Shown here piece by piece: positions 30,583 to 39,690 of a DNA stretch of 64,000 bases (positions within the stretch are counted from its first letter, which is position 1; every line of letters begins with the position of its first letter). Under the pieces are notes generated by a model, which did not search any database, had not been told where the DNA came from, and saw only the letters and a program-made list of their open reading frames with translations. Where the stretch lies: positions 352,001 to 416,000 of the forward strand of contig CAWJKT010000011.1 in the NCBI GenBank assembly GCA_963843375.1. Reading direction: 5' to 3'. A program made the position numbers and the translations under genes. The stretch comes from an uncultured Pseudomonadota bacterium. GTDB taxonomy: Bacteria > Oederibacteriota > Muellerivitia > Muellerivitales > Muellerivitaceae.

Positions 30583-31095
30583 ATGTTTTCGGATTTGAAA
30601 AAAGTTTTGACAGTTGGCTTGATGATGGCAGGAGTTCTTTTGTTTCCGGTATGCGTGCGAGCTGACTCGGATTATCACCCTTCCAATTATGGGGGTAATT
30701 TTGGTTTGGGGTTAGAGGTAGGTGATCCAGGCGACTGGGGCATTACCGGCAAGATCTGGATGGATCGAGTCAACGCTTTCCAACCGGCGGTGAAATTCGA
30801 CTCCGCGGGTGATGTTCTCTTGCAACTAGATTATTTATGGCACAATTTCGACATCATCCAGATGCGGGACACCGAGGGGGAGATGCCGCTTTATATCGGA
30901 GTTGGTGGCGACCTGTTGCTTCAAGATACAGTGCAAATCGCGGCCCGCGTTCCGTTGGGAATCTCCTACATTTTCGATAAGCGGAACGTGCCGATAGACA
31001 TTTATTTGCAAGCCGTGCCGACCCTTTGGTTTTTCAGCGACGGTCTTACGTCGTTCGATGTTTATGGTGAATTGGGAGCGCATTACTACTTTTGA
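30583..31095 (+). CDS. Small outer-membrane beta-barrel protein (DUF3996-like)
   Basis: Signal peptide; FGLGLEVGDP..ITGK.W, LYIGVGG, ARVPLGI, C-terminal aromatic HYYF. Confidence 0.7.
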   Translation: MFSDLKKVLTVGLMMAGVLLFPVCVRADSDYHPSNYGGNFGLGLEVGDPGDWGITGKIWMDRVNAFQPAVKFDSAGDVLLQLDYLWHNFDIIQMRDTEGEMPLYIGVGGDLLLQDTVQIAARVPLGISYIFDKRNVPIDIYLQAVPTLWFFSDGLTSFDVYGELGAHYYF

Positions 31096-31121
31096 GCAGT
31101 GAATAAGAAAGGATGTTCAAA

Positions 31122-31268
31122 ATGTTGTTTACGATCGCGGCAGTCTTGGTTGTTCTTTGGCTTTTAGGTTTCGTGAGTTCCTACACCTTCGGCGGCTATA
31201 TCCATGTACTTTTGGTGATCGCCCTCATTGTTTTAATTTTTGGCTTTTTTCAAGGCCGGAGGGCCTGA
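31122..31268 (+). CDS. lmo0937/DUF5670-family 48-aa membrane microprotein
   Basis: Manually translated: MLFTIAAVLVVLWLLGFVSSYTFGGYIHVLLVIALIVLIFGFFQGRRA. Confidence 0.88.
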   Translation: MLFTIAAVLVVLWLLGFVSSYTFGGYIHVLLVIALIVLIFGFFQGRRA

Positions 31269-31295
31269 TTTTCATCCAGAGAAAGACGGTGCAAA

Positions 31296-31442
31296 ATGTT
31301 TTTCACAATTGCGGCACTTTTGTTGATTCTTTGGCTTTTGGGACTGATTAGTTCCTACACACTGGGCGGTTACATCCATATTCTCCTGTTGATCGCCCTC
31401 GTTTTTTTAATTGTCGGTTTCTTCGTTCCCCGGCGAGGTTGA
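31296..31442 (+). CDS. Second lmo0937/DUF5670-family 48-aa microprotein
   Basis: Manually translated: MFFTIAALLLILWLLGLISSYTLGGYIHILLLIALVFLIVGFFVPRRG. Confidence 0.85.
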   Translation: MFFTIAALLLILWLLGLISSYTLGGYIHILLLIALVFLIVGFFVPRRG

Positions 31443-31656
31443 TTTTCCCGCAAGGAATCCGTCGAGTTCAACTGGGACTTGAAAAAGAAATATTGGTTCA
31501 TTTTGAATAAGACTAACGAGATGAACCTTATTTCGTAAGAGATTTATTCGGCGAGTTTTTCTTGCGCCTTTAAAAATCAAACGCCTCATTACATGGGATG
31601 AAACCGAAGTGAAAGTCCGGGGTTTATTTCCGGAATAAATAAGAAAGCAGGCGACG

Positions 31657-32010
31657 ATGTCACTCTCAAAAGAAACGGTACTGGAATCGTTGAAACAAGA
31701 CCACGTGATGGTTTTGAACGTTCTTCCGGAAGTGGAGTTCGAAAAGCTTCATATCGAAGGTTCCCGCAACCTCCCATTGACACATGACCCTGGCGCTTTT
31801 GCCGAGGCTGTGGAAAAACTATACGGGAAAAAAAGATTTTTCATCATTTACGGATCCAACATTACCAGCCACGCCGCCATCATTGCTTCTAGTGCCCTGC
31901 AGAAAAGGGGTTTCAAAGCCGAAGTCTACCTCAGTGGTATGAAGGGATGGAACGAAGCCGGCTTTCCCACGGCAGGGACCGATGCCCCGAAAAAGGCGGC
32001 TTTACTATGA
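31657..32010 (+). CDS. Rhodanese-like domain protein (no catalytic Cys)
   Basis: VLNVLP..EF...HIEGS.NLP, IIYG, YLSGMKGW..AG.P. Confidence 0.8.
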   Translation: MSLSKETVLESLKQDHVMVLNVLPEVEFEKLHIEGSRNLPLTHDPGAFAEAVEKLYGKKRFFIIYGSNITSHAAIIASSALQKRGFKAEVYLSGMKGWNEAGFPTAGTDAPKKAALL

Positions 32011-32363
32011 GCGGGCTCGTGATCGCGCGCGATTCGGAAAAAAACAAGACCGTCGAACCATGGGGGACTATCGCCTGGATGGCCAACCAGCCCCTCTCCG
32101 GAAGCTCTGTGACCGTTGGTCGCTTGATTCTTTACCCAGGCTTCACCAATACCTTGCACAGTCATTCGAACGCCGATGAAGTTATCTTCCTGCTCCGGGG
32201 AAGCGTCCGGGTTAAACTGGGCGGCACGGAATTGGCCATGGAGGCGGGGGACGCCCTGACGATCCCACTGAAGGTCGTCCATCAGATCAAGAATACCGGG
32301 GATGAGGAAGCTGTAATGACCCTTTCCTATTCTTCCGGCGTCCGGAAGTACACGTCGGAATAA
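32007..32363 (+). CDS. Cupin domain protein
   Basis: HSHSNADEVIFLLRG...GD.LTIP..VVH.I.N; ATGA overlap with the rhodanese stop. Confidence 0.88.
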   Translation: MSGLVIARDSEKNKTVEPWGTIAWMANQPLSGSSVTVGRLILYPGFTNTLHSHSNADEVIFLLRGSVRVKLGGTELAMEAGDALTIPLKVVHQIKNTGDEEAVMTLSYSSGVRKYTSE

Positions 32364-32598
32364 AGGGTTTGGCCAACGCAAAACATTTTAGATGCTTTCC
32401 ACCTCAAAGATTTCTCTCCGCATCTTTCTCCTTCTTTTGCCTATTAAATAATGGTCAATCGCTTGCTTTATGACCCAAGGGTCGATCCATGTTGGCCCTC
32501 ATCAATTGGTTGCGGGTTTTCCCCTTAACTTCTTGAAGGGACAGGCATACTTTTTCCCTCAGGGAAAAAAGCCAGGTCTCAGGGTTTCTTTTAGAGGG

Positions 32599-33576
32599 TT
32601 AAAGACTGTCTAAAGTATCCGCCAAGTCGGACTCGGTCTGATAACCCACGTTTTCATCCATCTTGACCCCATTCAGAATGAAAACCGTATCCGGAACACC
32701 ATAGGTGTTGGCGGCGATAGGCGTACAAAATTCACCTTCGAGGGTCGAATAAGAGGTGCAGTCCACCCTGACGACGATCACCTGACCCGCGTAATCCTTC
32801 GCGAATTGCTCGACTACCGGAGTATATAAAGTACAGGTTGCGCACCAGGACGCCCAGAATTCCAGCATCACCGGCGCCTGGGCATTGGCGAGAATAGAGC
32901 TGATATTGGTGGTGGTCCCTGTCATGATCGTTCCCGGAGGGATGGGGGTCGGCGTGAAGGTATTCGTGGGGGTGTGTGTTACGGTGGGTGTGTCGGTTGA
33001 GGTTCGAGTGTCGGTCGGGGTATGGGTGGGAGTATCGGTTTTGGATTCGGTCCCATCGGGTGTGGAAGTTGAAACAACCTGGGTCGTATTTGTCGAGGTG
33101 GCGGTAAAGGTTGCGGTGGAAATATCCGTTACCGTATAGGTGTAGGAGGGGGTATTGACGGGAAGGCTCGTGGAAGTATTTGTAGCGGTAAGGGCAGGGG
33201 TACTGGTATTGAGGGGAATCGCGGGTGTATTTGTTACCGTAAACGTGAAGGATGCGGTGTTAGCGGGAAGGCTGGTCGAAGTGTTCGTCGGTAATGGGCT
33301 GTTGACGGGGATAGAGGTGGCCGTCGACGGGGGCGGGTTATTGGGAGTAGGTGTCGGTGTTCCCAGGGGAGTTGATATGGGAGTTGGGGTTGCCGGTTGA
33401 GGGGAGATCGTGGTGGGTGTAATGGTCAAAACACTCCCAGAAGTCGGGGAGGATTCCGGGTTTGAGGTGGCGACGGGCGCGGCGGGAGAAAGATCGTACC
33501 CCTTGGTACAAGCAAGGGGTACAACCATCAAACCTGACAGGGCCGCGAATATTCCAAATCGATATATAGTTTTCAT
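32599..33576 (-). CDS. Lipoprotein with Thr/Pro-rich stalk and C-terminal thioredoxin domain
   Basis: Lipobox PLAC; long T/P linker; PVMLEFWASWCATC, GVP. Confidence 0.88.
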   Translation of the reverse strand: MKTIYRFGIFAALSGLMVVPLACTKGYDLSPAAPVATSNPESSPTSGSVLTITPTTISPQPATPTPISTPLGTPTPTPNNPPPSTATSIPVNSPLPTNTSTSLPANTASFTFTVTNTPAIPLNTSTPALTATNTSTSLPVNTPSYTYTVTDISTATFTATSTNTTQVVSTSTPDGTESKTDTPTHTPTDTRTSTDTPTVTHTPTNTFTPTPIPPGTIMTGTTTNISSILANAQAPVMLEFWASWCATCTLYTPVVEQFAKDYAGQVIVVRVDCTSYSTLEGEFCTPIAANTYGVPDTVFILNGVKMDENVGYQTESDLADTLDSL

Positions 33577-33627
33577 AGAGTCATACCTTCGTTCTAAATA
33601 AGTTTAAACATATATGACTGTTGCAAT

Positions 33628-33643
33628 GCATTTTGAATGCCAA
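33628..33643 (-). promoter_or_regulatory. Probable sigma54 promoter
   Basis: Minus strand TTGGCATTCAAAATGC (GG-N10-GC), about 50 nt before ATG 33576. Confidence 0.55.
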
Positions 33644-33854
33644 TTCCCAAACCCAAAATGATTGAATTTTTCAGGTTAAAATAGAGTTCCAAATTCGACC
33701 TTCATTATCCGGATAAGTCATAAAATCATCGAATGGGTACATAAAACTTACAGAGAGGGGAATCCTCCCCCGGCGACAGGCCCCCCAATAGGGCTTTTTA
33801 AAGACATTCCGCGCTTTTGATATACTATCTTCAGAGTTCTCACAAGGAAGAGCC

Positions 33855-34616
33855 ATGAACGTGAAAAAGTTTTTCACCGCCGCGGGAACGCTATTGCTGG
33901 TCCCGGCCCTTGTGATTTTGAACATTGATTGTTCCAAAAAATATTCCCTTCCGGCCAGTCCCTCCTCCGGCCCCACACCCACACCGACCTCTTCTATTGG
34001 AACGAACCCCAACGGGCCCCTGATCGAGGTTTATTTTCTCAATGTCAGCATCACCGGCGTTTCCACCAACAGTTACGTCTCGGCCTTTATCGAGGACAAC
34101 CTCGGAAATCCCGTCACCACGGCCGCCGTCACCCTGACTACCGTCAGCGGCTCTATTCCCGTGACCTGCGTAGGGGTCGGGTCCCCCAATCCCCCTGCGA
34201 ACATGGGAATCTCGAATATTACGGGCGGGCAATATTACAACAGCACGGCTTATACGCCCGGCCAGTTATGTACCGTTTCAGTGCTGACGGGGGGAATCAC
34301 CTATACGTCGAGTTTCACGGCCTCCAATGCGTCCGGTAATCTCAGCACGGGCTCCGGAGGAGTAACCGCCACCTATACCGTTGGTGGAAATGAAAACCTG
34401 GTTGAGGTGGAGGGAAAAGACACCTTTCAAGTCGGGCCTGTCCCCCCTATTACGTCCCCCTATCTCATCCCGACCTCCAGTTTCCCCAATGATCCGGCGG
34501 GCGCTGGGAATGACTTGGTGGTTCTTCTGTTGATGCAGCTGATTGAACCGGCCTTTTCGGGCGCTAACGCTTCTTCCGTGATAGGCTCGGGTATTGAAAC
34601 AGGGTTTTATTACTGA
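33855..34616 (+). CDS. Hypothetical lipoprotein
   Basis: Signal peptide with Cys (IDCSKKYSLP, similar to ACTKGYDL of the divergent neighbour), Pro/Thr linker, beta-rich body. Confidence 0.7.
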   Translation: MNVKKFFTAAGTLLLVPALVILNIDCSKKYSLPASPSSGPTPTPTSSIGTNPNGPLIEVYFLNVSITGVSTNSYVSAFIEDNLGNPVTTAAVTLTTVSGSIPVTCVGVGSPNPPANMGISNITGGQYYNSTAYTPGQLCTVSVLTGGITYTSSFTASNASGNLSTGSGGVTATYTVGGNENLVEVEGKDTFQVGPVPPITSPYLIPTSSFPNDPAGAGNDLVVLLLMQLIEPAFSGANASSVIGSGIETGFYY

Positions 34617-34816
34617 CGGGGCAGAGGGCCGCCAGGAAGAAAGGGGAAAAAGAAAACTTCCCCGGGTACCTATCTCAATCTGCCCGAGTATAAGCCAAAC
34701 TTTTTGACGATTCTTGACGGCCCCTGGAATATTGCTATCCTAACTCCAATTCACTGAACAAGACCCTTCTTTAAATATATGCAACAACCTAATAAATAAA
34801 TTGGAAGAGGTGTTTC

Positions 34817-35950
34817 ATGCAACAACGGTTCTGGCTGGCAACGGCATTAGCGGTTTTGGTTTTGAGCCTGTCTTGCGGGCCCAAGTTGAACCCCAACGAA
34901 ATCCGAATTGGAGAATTCGGTTCCCTCACCGGGGCCCAGGCGACCTTCGGGATTTCCACACAGAATGGCATCCAATTGGCAGTGGACGAAGTGAACGCGG
35001 CGGGGGGTGTGAACGGCAAAACCCTCAAGGTGATTGCTCTGGACGACCAGGGAAAGCCGGAGGAAGCGGCGGTCGTGGTGACCAAGCTGATCACTCAAGA
35101 AAAGGCCCAAGTAATTATGGGTGAGGTGGCCAGTTCCCTTTCCCTGGCGGCGGCACCCATTTGCCAGGAGCATAAGACCCCCATGATCTCCCCCTCCTCC
35201 ACCAACCCCAAGGTGACCCAAGTGGGAGATTATATTTTCCGCGTTTGTTTCATAGATCCTTTCCAAGGCCAGGTCATGGCGGATTTTGCCATGGGCACCC
35301 TGCATGCCAAGACCGCGGCCATCCTGCGGGACCAAAAGAGCGACTATAGCATGGGCCTAGCGGATTACTTCATCAAGCGCTTCAAGGAAAAAGGGGGGAC
35401 GATCCTGGTCGACCAGAGTTACGTAGCGGGGGACGTGGACTTCAAATCCCAATTGACTAATATCAGAGAGCAAAAGCCTGACGTGATTTTCGTGCCTGGT
35501 TATTATGGCGAAGTGGGGTTGATCGCCAAACAAGCGAGAGAATTGGGCATCAAGGTCGCCCTTCTGGGAGGCGACGGGTGGGAATCTTCCAAGCTCTATG
35601 AAATAGGAGGGGCCGCTTTGGATGGCTGCTACTTTTCAACCCACTACTCTTCTGATTCCACCGATCCCAAGGTGCAGGATTACGTGAAAAAGTACCAGGC
35701 TAAGTTCGGACAAGTGCCGGACGGTCTTGCGACCCTTGGCTATGATGCTGCCGGAGTGCTGGTAGCCGCCTTGAAAAACGCCAAATCGCTGAATACCGTT
35801 GACATTCGTGACGCCATCGCAGCCACCAAGAACTACGCCGGGGTGACTGGATCCATCAGCCTGAATGCGGACCGGGACGCCGTGAAATCGGCGGTGGTGT
35901 TGAAAATTTCAGGCGGCAAATCCTCTTTTGTCACTTCAGTGAACCCCTAA
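34817..35950 (+). CDS. Branched-chain amino acid ABC transporter substrate-binding lipoprotein (LivJ/K-like)
   Basis: IRIGEFGSLTG..ATFG, LAVDEVNAAGGVNG, FRVCFIDPFQG, GGDGW, LGYDA. Confidence 0.93.
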   Translation: MQQRFWLATALAVLVLSLSCGPKLNPNEIRIGEFGSLTGAQATFGISTQNGIQLAVDEVNAAGGVNGKTLKVIALDDQGKPEEAAVVVTKLITQEKAQVIMGEVASSLSLAAAPICQEHKTPMISPSSTNPKVTQVGDYIFRVCFIDPFQGQVMADFAMGTLHAKTAAILRDQKSDYSMGLADYFIKRFKEKGGTILVDQSYVAGDVDFKSQLTNIREQKPDVIFVPGYYGEVGLIAKQARELGIKVALLGGDGWESSKLYEIGGAALDGCYFSTHYSSDSTDPKVQDYVKKYQAKFGQVPDGLATLGYDAAGVLVAALKNAKSLNTVDIRDAIAATKNYAGVTGSISLNADRDAVKSAVVLKISGGKSSFVTSVNP

Positions 35951-35975
35951 GTGGCGACGGCCGGTTGAAGGATGT

Positions 35976-37139
35976 TTAGGCTGGTTGGAGTTCGATGAGG
36001 CTGATTTCCGGTGAGAGACCGAACCGGACCGGCAGGACCCAAAAGCCGGTCCCGGGCGTCACGTAAAGCTGGCTTTCTCCTTCCTTAAAAATCCCCATAT
36101 GGTATTTCATGAACAGCTTGGCCAGGGACCAATTCAAGACTTTGAACCCTACCTGGCCCCCATGAGTGTGGCCACTCAAGGTTAACTCGACTTTGCGTTC
36201 GAACGCATCCTTGAAGCCCTGGGGCTGATGGGCTAAAAGAACCGTGGAAGTCCCTTCCGGTTTGCCTTCCAAGGCCTTGTCGAAATCGGGGGCAACCGAA
36301 CCCCATTGGCCGAAACGCCGAGCACCCTGATCACCGACTCCCGCCAGCCAGAGTCGGGCTTCTCCCCTTTGAATGATCATCCCCTCGTTCACGAGCATTT
36401 GCAGGCGGCTGTCCGCCAGCACGAGCAGCGTTTTTTCCGGATTGGCGTAAACGTCGTGATTTCCCAACACCCCCACTGCGGGCAGGTAGGGCTCCAAGGT
36501 CTCAAGGCTTTTGAGGAACTTGGGAAGGTATTGGGGGTCGTCATCAGTAATGTCGCCGCAAACCACGAAAAGGTCGGGGTTGGCTTCCTGAGCCACCCGG
36601 GCGAATTGTTGGAGCCGGGAGAGGCGGGTGAAAAGACCCACATGCAGGTCGGAAACCATAGCAATTTTATAGCCGGCAAACTCCGGGGGGAGGTTCTTGA
36701 TGCGGATGGAGACTTTTTCCAGTTTCACGGTGAAGAGGGCCTGGAAGAAGCCCACCACGGTAATGAAAGCGATGATTCCCAGGAAGATGTTGGAGGGAAA
36801 GTGAGCGAATTGCACAAAGGGGATCCATCGCCAGCCGAAGAGCGCCGCCCAAACCAGCCCCAAGAGAAGGACGAAAGCGGAATAAAGGAAGATCAAAAAA
36901 TTCCAATAAACCCAAAGGGGCCCCAGGAGGGCCCGGGAAAGCCGGAAGAAGGGGGAAGAGTGTCGTTTCAGGATGAGCGGCAGCAGCAGCCAAAGCAGGT
37001 TGCCCAGGACCGCTCCCAGCATCAGGAAATGGGTCCCCGCAGGATAAATGTTCAGGCCGGCCCAAATGGAAAGGGCGTTCATCAGGAAAAAAAGGCTTAA
37101 GACCAGGTTGAAGATAAAAACGGTTCGACGGGTGGCCAA
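35976..37139 (-). CDS. Membrane-anchored metallophosphoesterase (YkuE/YaeI-like)
   Basis: N-terminal TMs; SDLH, GDITD, GNHD, LAHQP, SGHTHGGQ; start codon uncertain. Confidence 0.9.
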   Translation of the reverse strand: MATRRTVFIFNLVLSLFFLMNALSIWAGLNIYPAGTHFLMLGAVLGNLLWLLLPLILKRHSSPFFRLSRALLGPLWVYWNFLIFLYSAFVLLLGLVWAALFGWRWIPFVQFAHFPSNIFLGIIAFITVVGFFQALFTVKLEKVSIRIKNLPPEFAGYKIAMVSDLHVGLFTRLSRLQQFARVAQEANPDLFVVCGDITDDDPQYLPKFLKSLETLEPYLPAVGVLGNHDVYANPEKTLLVLADSRLQMLVNEGMIIQRGEARLWLAGVGDQGARRFGQWGSVAPDFDKALEGKPEGTSTVLLAHQPQGFKDAFERKVELTLSGHTHGGQVGFKVLNWSLAKLFMKYHMGIFKEGESQLYVTPGTGFWVLPVRFGLSPEISLIELQPA

Positions 37140-37358
37140 GAGATCCTCCAGATTGTAAAGCTACGTACTATTCAATTTAAAGTGGGTTTTTGTCAAGGGT
37201 TTGAGCCGGGGAAGTGAAGGTTTTTATGTTTGGCGGGGGTGGAACGGCGAGTAAAATCGCTTTGGACAAATTAATGCGTTATAGATCAAATTAATTTCAC
37301 GGATTTTTTTGCCCTTAACAGCGGAGATTTTCCGAAAATTCATTATTAGGAAGTTTGG

Positions 37359-38261
37359 ATGGAAGGCTTTCTGCAACTGCTTTTGAACGGCACCGCCCTG
37401 GGGTCCATCTACGCCCTGATAGCCTTGGGTTATACCATGGTTTATGGCATCCTGCGTCTGATTAACTTTGCCCATGGGGATGTGGTCATGGTGGGAGCTT
37501 ATGCTGGGCTCTTTACCGCTCTTGCGCTGCACTCATCCGACCATCCGACCTTGCTGAGTTTCCTTGTCGTACTGGCAGCGGCCATGCTAGCCTCGGCTTT
37601 TTTGGGTTTCCTCATCGAGCGTTTCGCCTACCGCCCCTTAAGAAACGTGCCTCGTTTAAATTTATTGATTACCGCAGTGGGTATTTCGCTGCTTTTGGAA
37701 AATCTGGGCCAGGTGGTGTTTGGGGCGACGCCCCGTGTTTTTCCGGACATTCTGCCCAGCATCACTCTGCTTCAGGCTGGGCAAGTGGCTATCACCAACC
37801 AGCAAGTCACGGTCTTCGGGACTTCGCTTTTTCTGATGTTTGTCCTGGAATGGATCGTGCAGAAAACAAAGCTGGGGCGGGCCATGCGGGCGGTTTCTTA
37901 TTCACATGAGACGGCATCCCTGGTGGGGATTCCAACGGACACGATTATCACGGTCACTTTCATTATCGGCTCAGCCCTGGCGGCGGCGGCGGGCATCCTG
38001 ATTTGCGTCTCCTATCCCCGGGTGGACCCCTTGATGGGTATTATGATCGGACTGAAGGCTTTCGTGGCGGCAGTTTTAGGTGGCATTGGAAGCATTCGGG
38101 GCGCGGTGGTGGGCGGTTTCTTGATGGGAATTTCCGAGGCTATGGTGGTGGGTTATGGTTCTTCCACATACCGGGACGCGCTGGCATTTGCCATCCTTAT
38201 CCTGATTCTCATTTTCAAACCCGCCGGCCTGTTTGGCAAATTCCAGCCGGAGAAAGTATGA
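37359..38261 (+). CDS. livH: Branched-chain amino acid ABC permease
   Basis: NGTALGSIYALIALGYTMVYGILRLINFAHG, KAFVAAVLGGIG. Confidence 0.92.
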   Translation: MEGFLQLLLNGTALGSIYALIALGYTMVYGILRLINFAHGDVVMVGAYAGLFTALALHSSDHPTLLSFLVVLAAAMLASAFLGFLIERFAYRPLRNVPRLNLLITAVGISLLLENLGQVVFGATPRVFPDILPSITLLQAGQVAITNQQVTVFGTSLFLMFVLEWIVQKTKLGRAMRAVSYSHETASLVGIPTDTIITVTFIIGSALAAAAGILICVSYPRVDPLMGIMIGLKAFVAAVLGGIGSIRGAVVGGFLMGISEAMVVGYGSSTYRDALAFAILILILIFKPAGLFGKFQPEKV

Positions 38262-39217
38262 AATCCAACATTACCTCTTTATTCATCCTTCTTGGAGTTT
38301 CGGCTCTCTCTCAAGGTTTGTCGATGGTGATGCCGGATTATTTCACGCAGTTGTTCATGTATGGTTGTATCAACGCCATTCTTGCGGTGTCGTTGAATCT
38401 AGTGAATGGGCTTTCGGGGCAATTCTCCCTGGGCCACGCGGGTTTCATGGCGGTGGGAGCTTATACTGCGGCGTCGGTGGATGTATTTTTTTTCCCGGCC
38501 CTTCACGGCACAGTCGTGGGCGACCAGCTTTCCCTTCTTATTTCATTGGCAGCGGCGGCATTCGTCAGCGCCATCGCGGGTTACTTGGTGGGGTTGCCTT
38601 CCCTTCGATTGAAAGGGGATTACCTAGCCATCGCTACCCTGGGATTCGGCGAAATCATTCGGGTTATCATCCTAAATATTCAAAAGGTGGGAGGGGCAAG
38701 GGGATTTATCGGCATACCCACCACCTCCACGCCGTTCCTGGTTGTTTTTATTTTGGTTCTGGGTGTGCTTTTGACCCACCGGTTTACTCTGTCTTCCCAT
38801 GGCCGGGCCCTGCTTTCCATCCGTGAAAACGAAATCGCCGCGGAAGCCATGGGAGTGGATACGACTTTTTATAAGGTGCAGGTTTTCGTGGTTTCGGCGG
38901 CTGGGGCGGGCGTGGCGGGGGGGCTTTTCGCCCATTACCTTTCCTATATCAATCCCAGTTCTTTTGATTTCATGAAATCGGTGGAAATCGTGATCATGGT
39001 GGTCTTGGGTGGCATGGGCTCTGTATCCGGGTCCATTATCGCGGCTTTTGTGCTGACGCTTCTTCCCGAGGCTTTGCGGCCCCTTCAGGATATCACCCAC
39101 GTGGACCTGCGCATGGTGATCTATTCCTTGGCGCTTATTCTCATGATGCTCTTGAGGCCCAAGGGGCTTTTTGGACGTAAAGAATTGTGGGAAATACTTA
39201 GAAGAAAAACTTCCTAA
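38258..39217 (+). CDS. livM: Branched-chain amino acid ABC permease
   Basis: SLNLVNG..GQFSLGHAGF, LRLKGDYLAIATLGFGE; ATGA overlap at 38258. Confidence 0.92.
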   Translation: MKSNITSLFILLGVSALSQGLSMVMPDYFTQLFMYGCINAILAVSLNLVNGLSGQFSLGHAGFMAVGAYTAASVDVFFFPALHGTVVGDQLSLLISLAAAAFVSAIAGYLVGLPSLRLKGDYLAIATLGFGEIIRVIILNIQKVGGARGFIGIPTTSTPFLVVFILVLGVLLTHRFTLSSHGRALLSIRENEIAAEAMGVDTTFYKVQVFVVSAAGAGVAGGLFAHYLSYINPSSFDFMKSVEIVIMVVLGGMGSVSGSIIAAFVLTLLPEALRPLQDITHVDLRMVIYSLALILMMLLRPKGLFGRKELWEILRRKTS

Positions 39218-39223
39218 TCGGCG

Positions 39224-39668
39224 TTATTCTTTTGGTTTGGCGTGTCTCATATGGTTCGCGTAGTGCATGGCATGGAAAACCTCCCATTGTCTTTTGTTGA
39301 GAGAACCCATGATGGGATGATCGCTATAGGGCCCGTTGTATTTCTCGAAAGCTTCCAGGGCTTTTCGGAATTGGGTAAGCGCCTCCAATACATTCCCCTC
39401 AATGCGTTCCGCGGGGGGGCCCTTGAATGCCGGCCGGAATATAACCCCTGAGCGCGAAAAACTGGTAAAGCAATGGCCCCCGGATATGTTTTTTCCAAGA
39501 AGGCATATCCCGTTTGATCCCTTTGATGCTCCCGTTCACGGCCTTAGTCAAGTGTTCGATTATCTGGAAATGGGACCATTTGCCGATGGTTTCCACGGGC
39601 CCTTTATCAAGATGGTCCAAATCTTTTCGGATTTCGTCGAAATTTTTGCATCGAAGGTCGCGGGACAT
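39224..39668 (-). CDS. DUF1569/DinB-superfamily protein with one +1 frameshift
   Basis: N-part GKWS..QIIEHL; removing one base from the G7 run at 39413-39419 continues into HPIMGSLNKRQWEVFHAMHYANH to the TAA at 39224. Confidence 0.8.
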
Positions 39669-39690
39669 CGTTAACTCCTCACCATTCTCT

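Noticed and set aside
38003..38257. N-terminal extension of livM in the ORF track
   Set aside because: It overlaps livH by 255 nt; the ATGA-coupled start at 38258 is more plausible.
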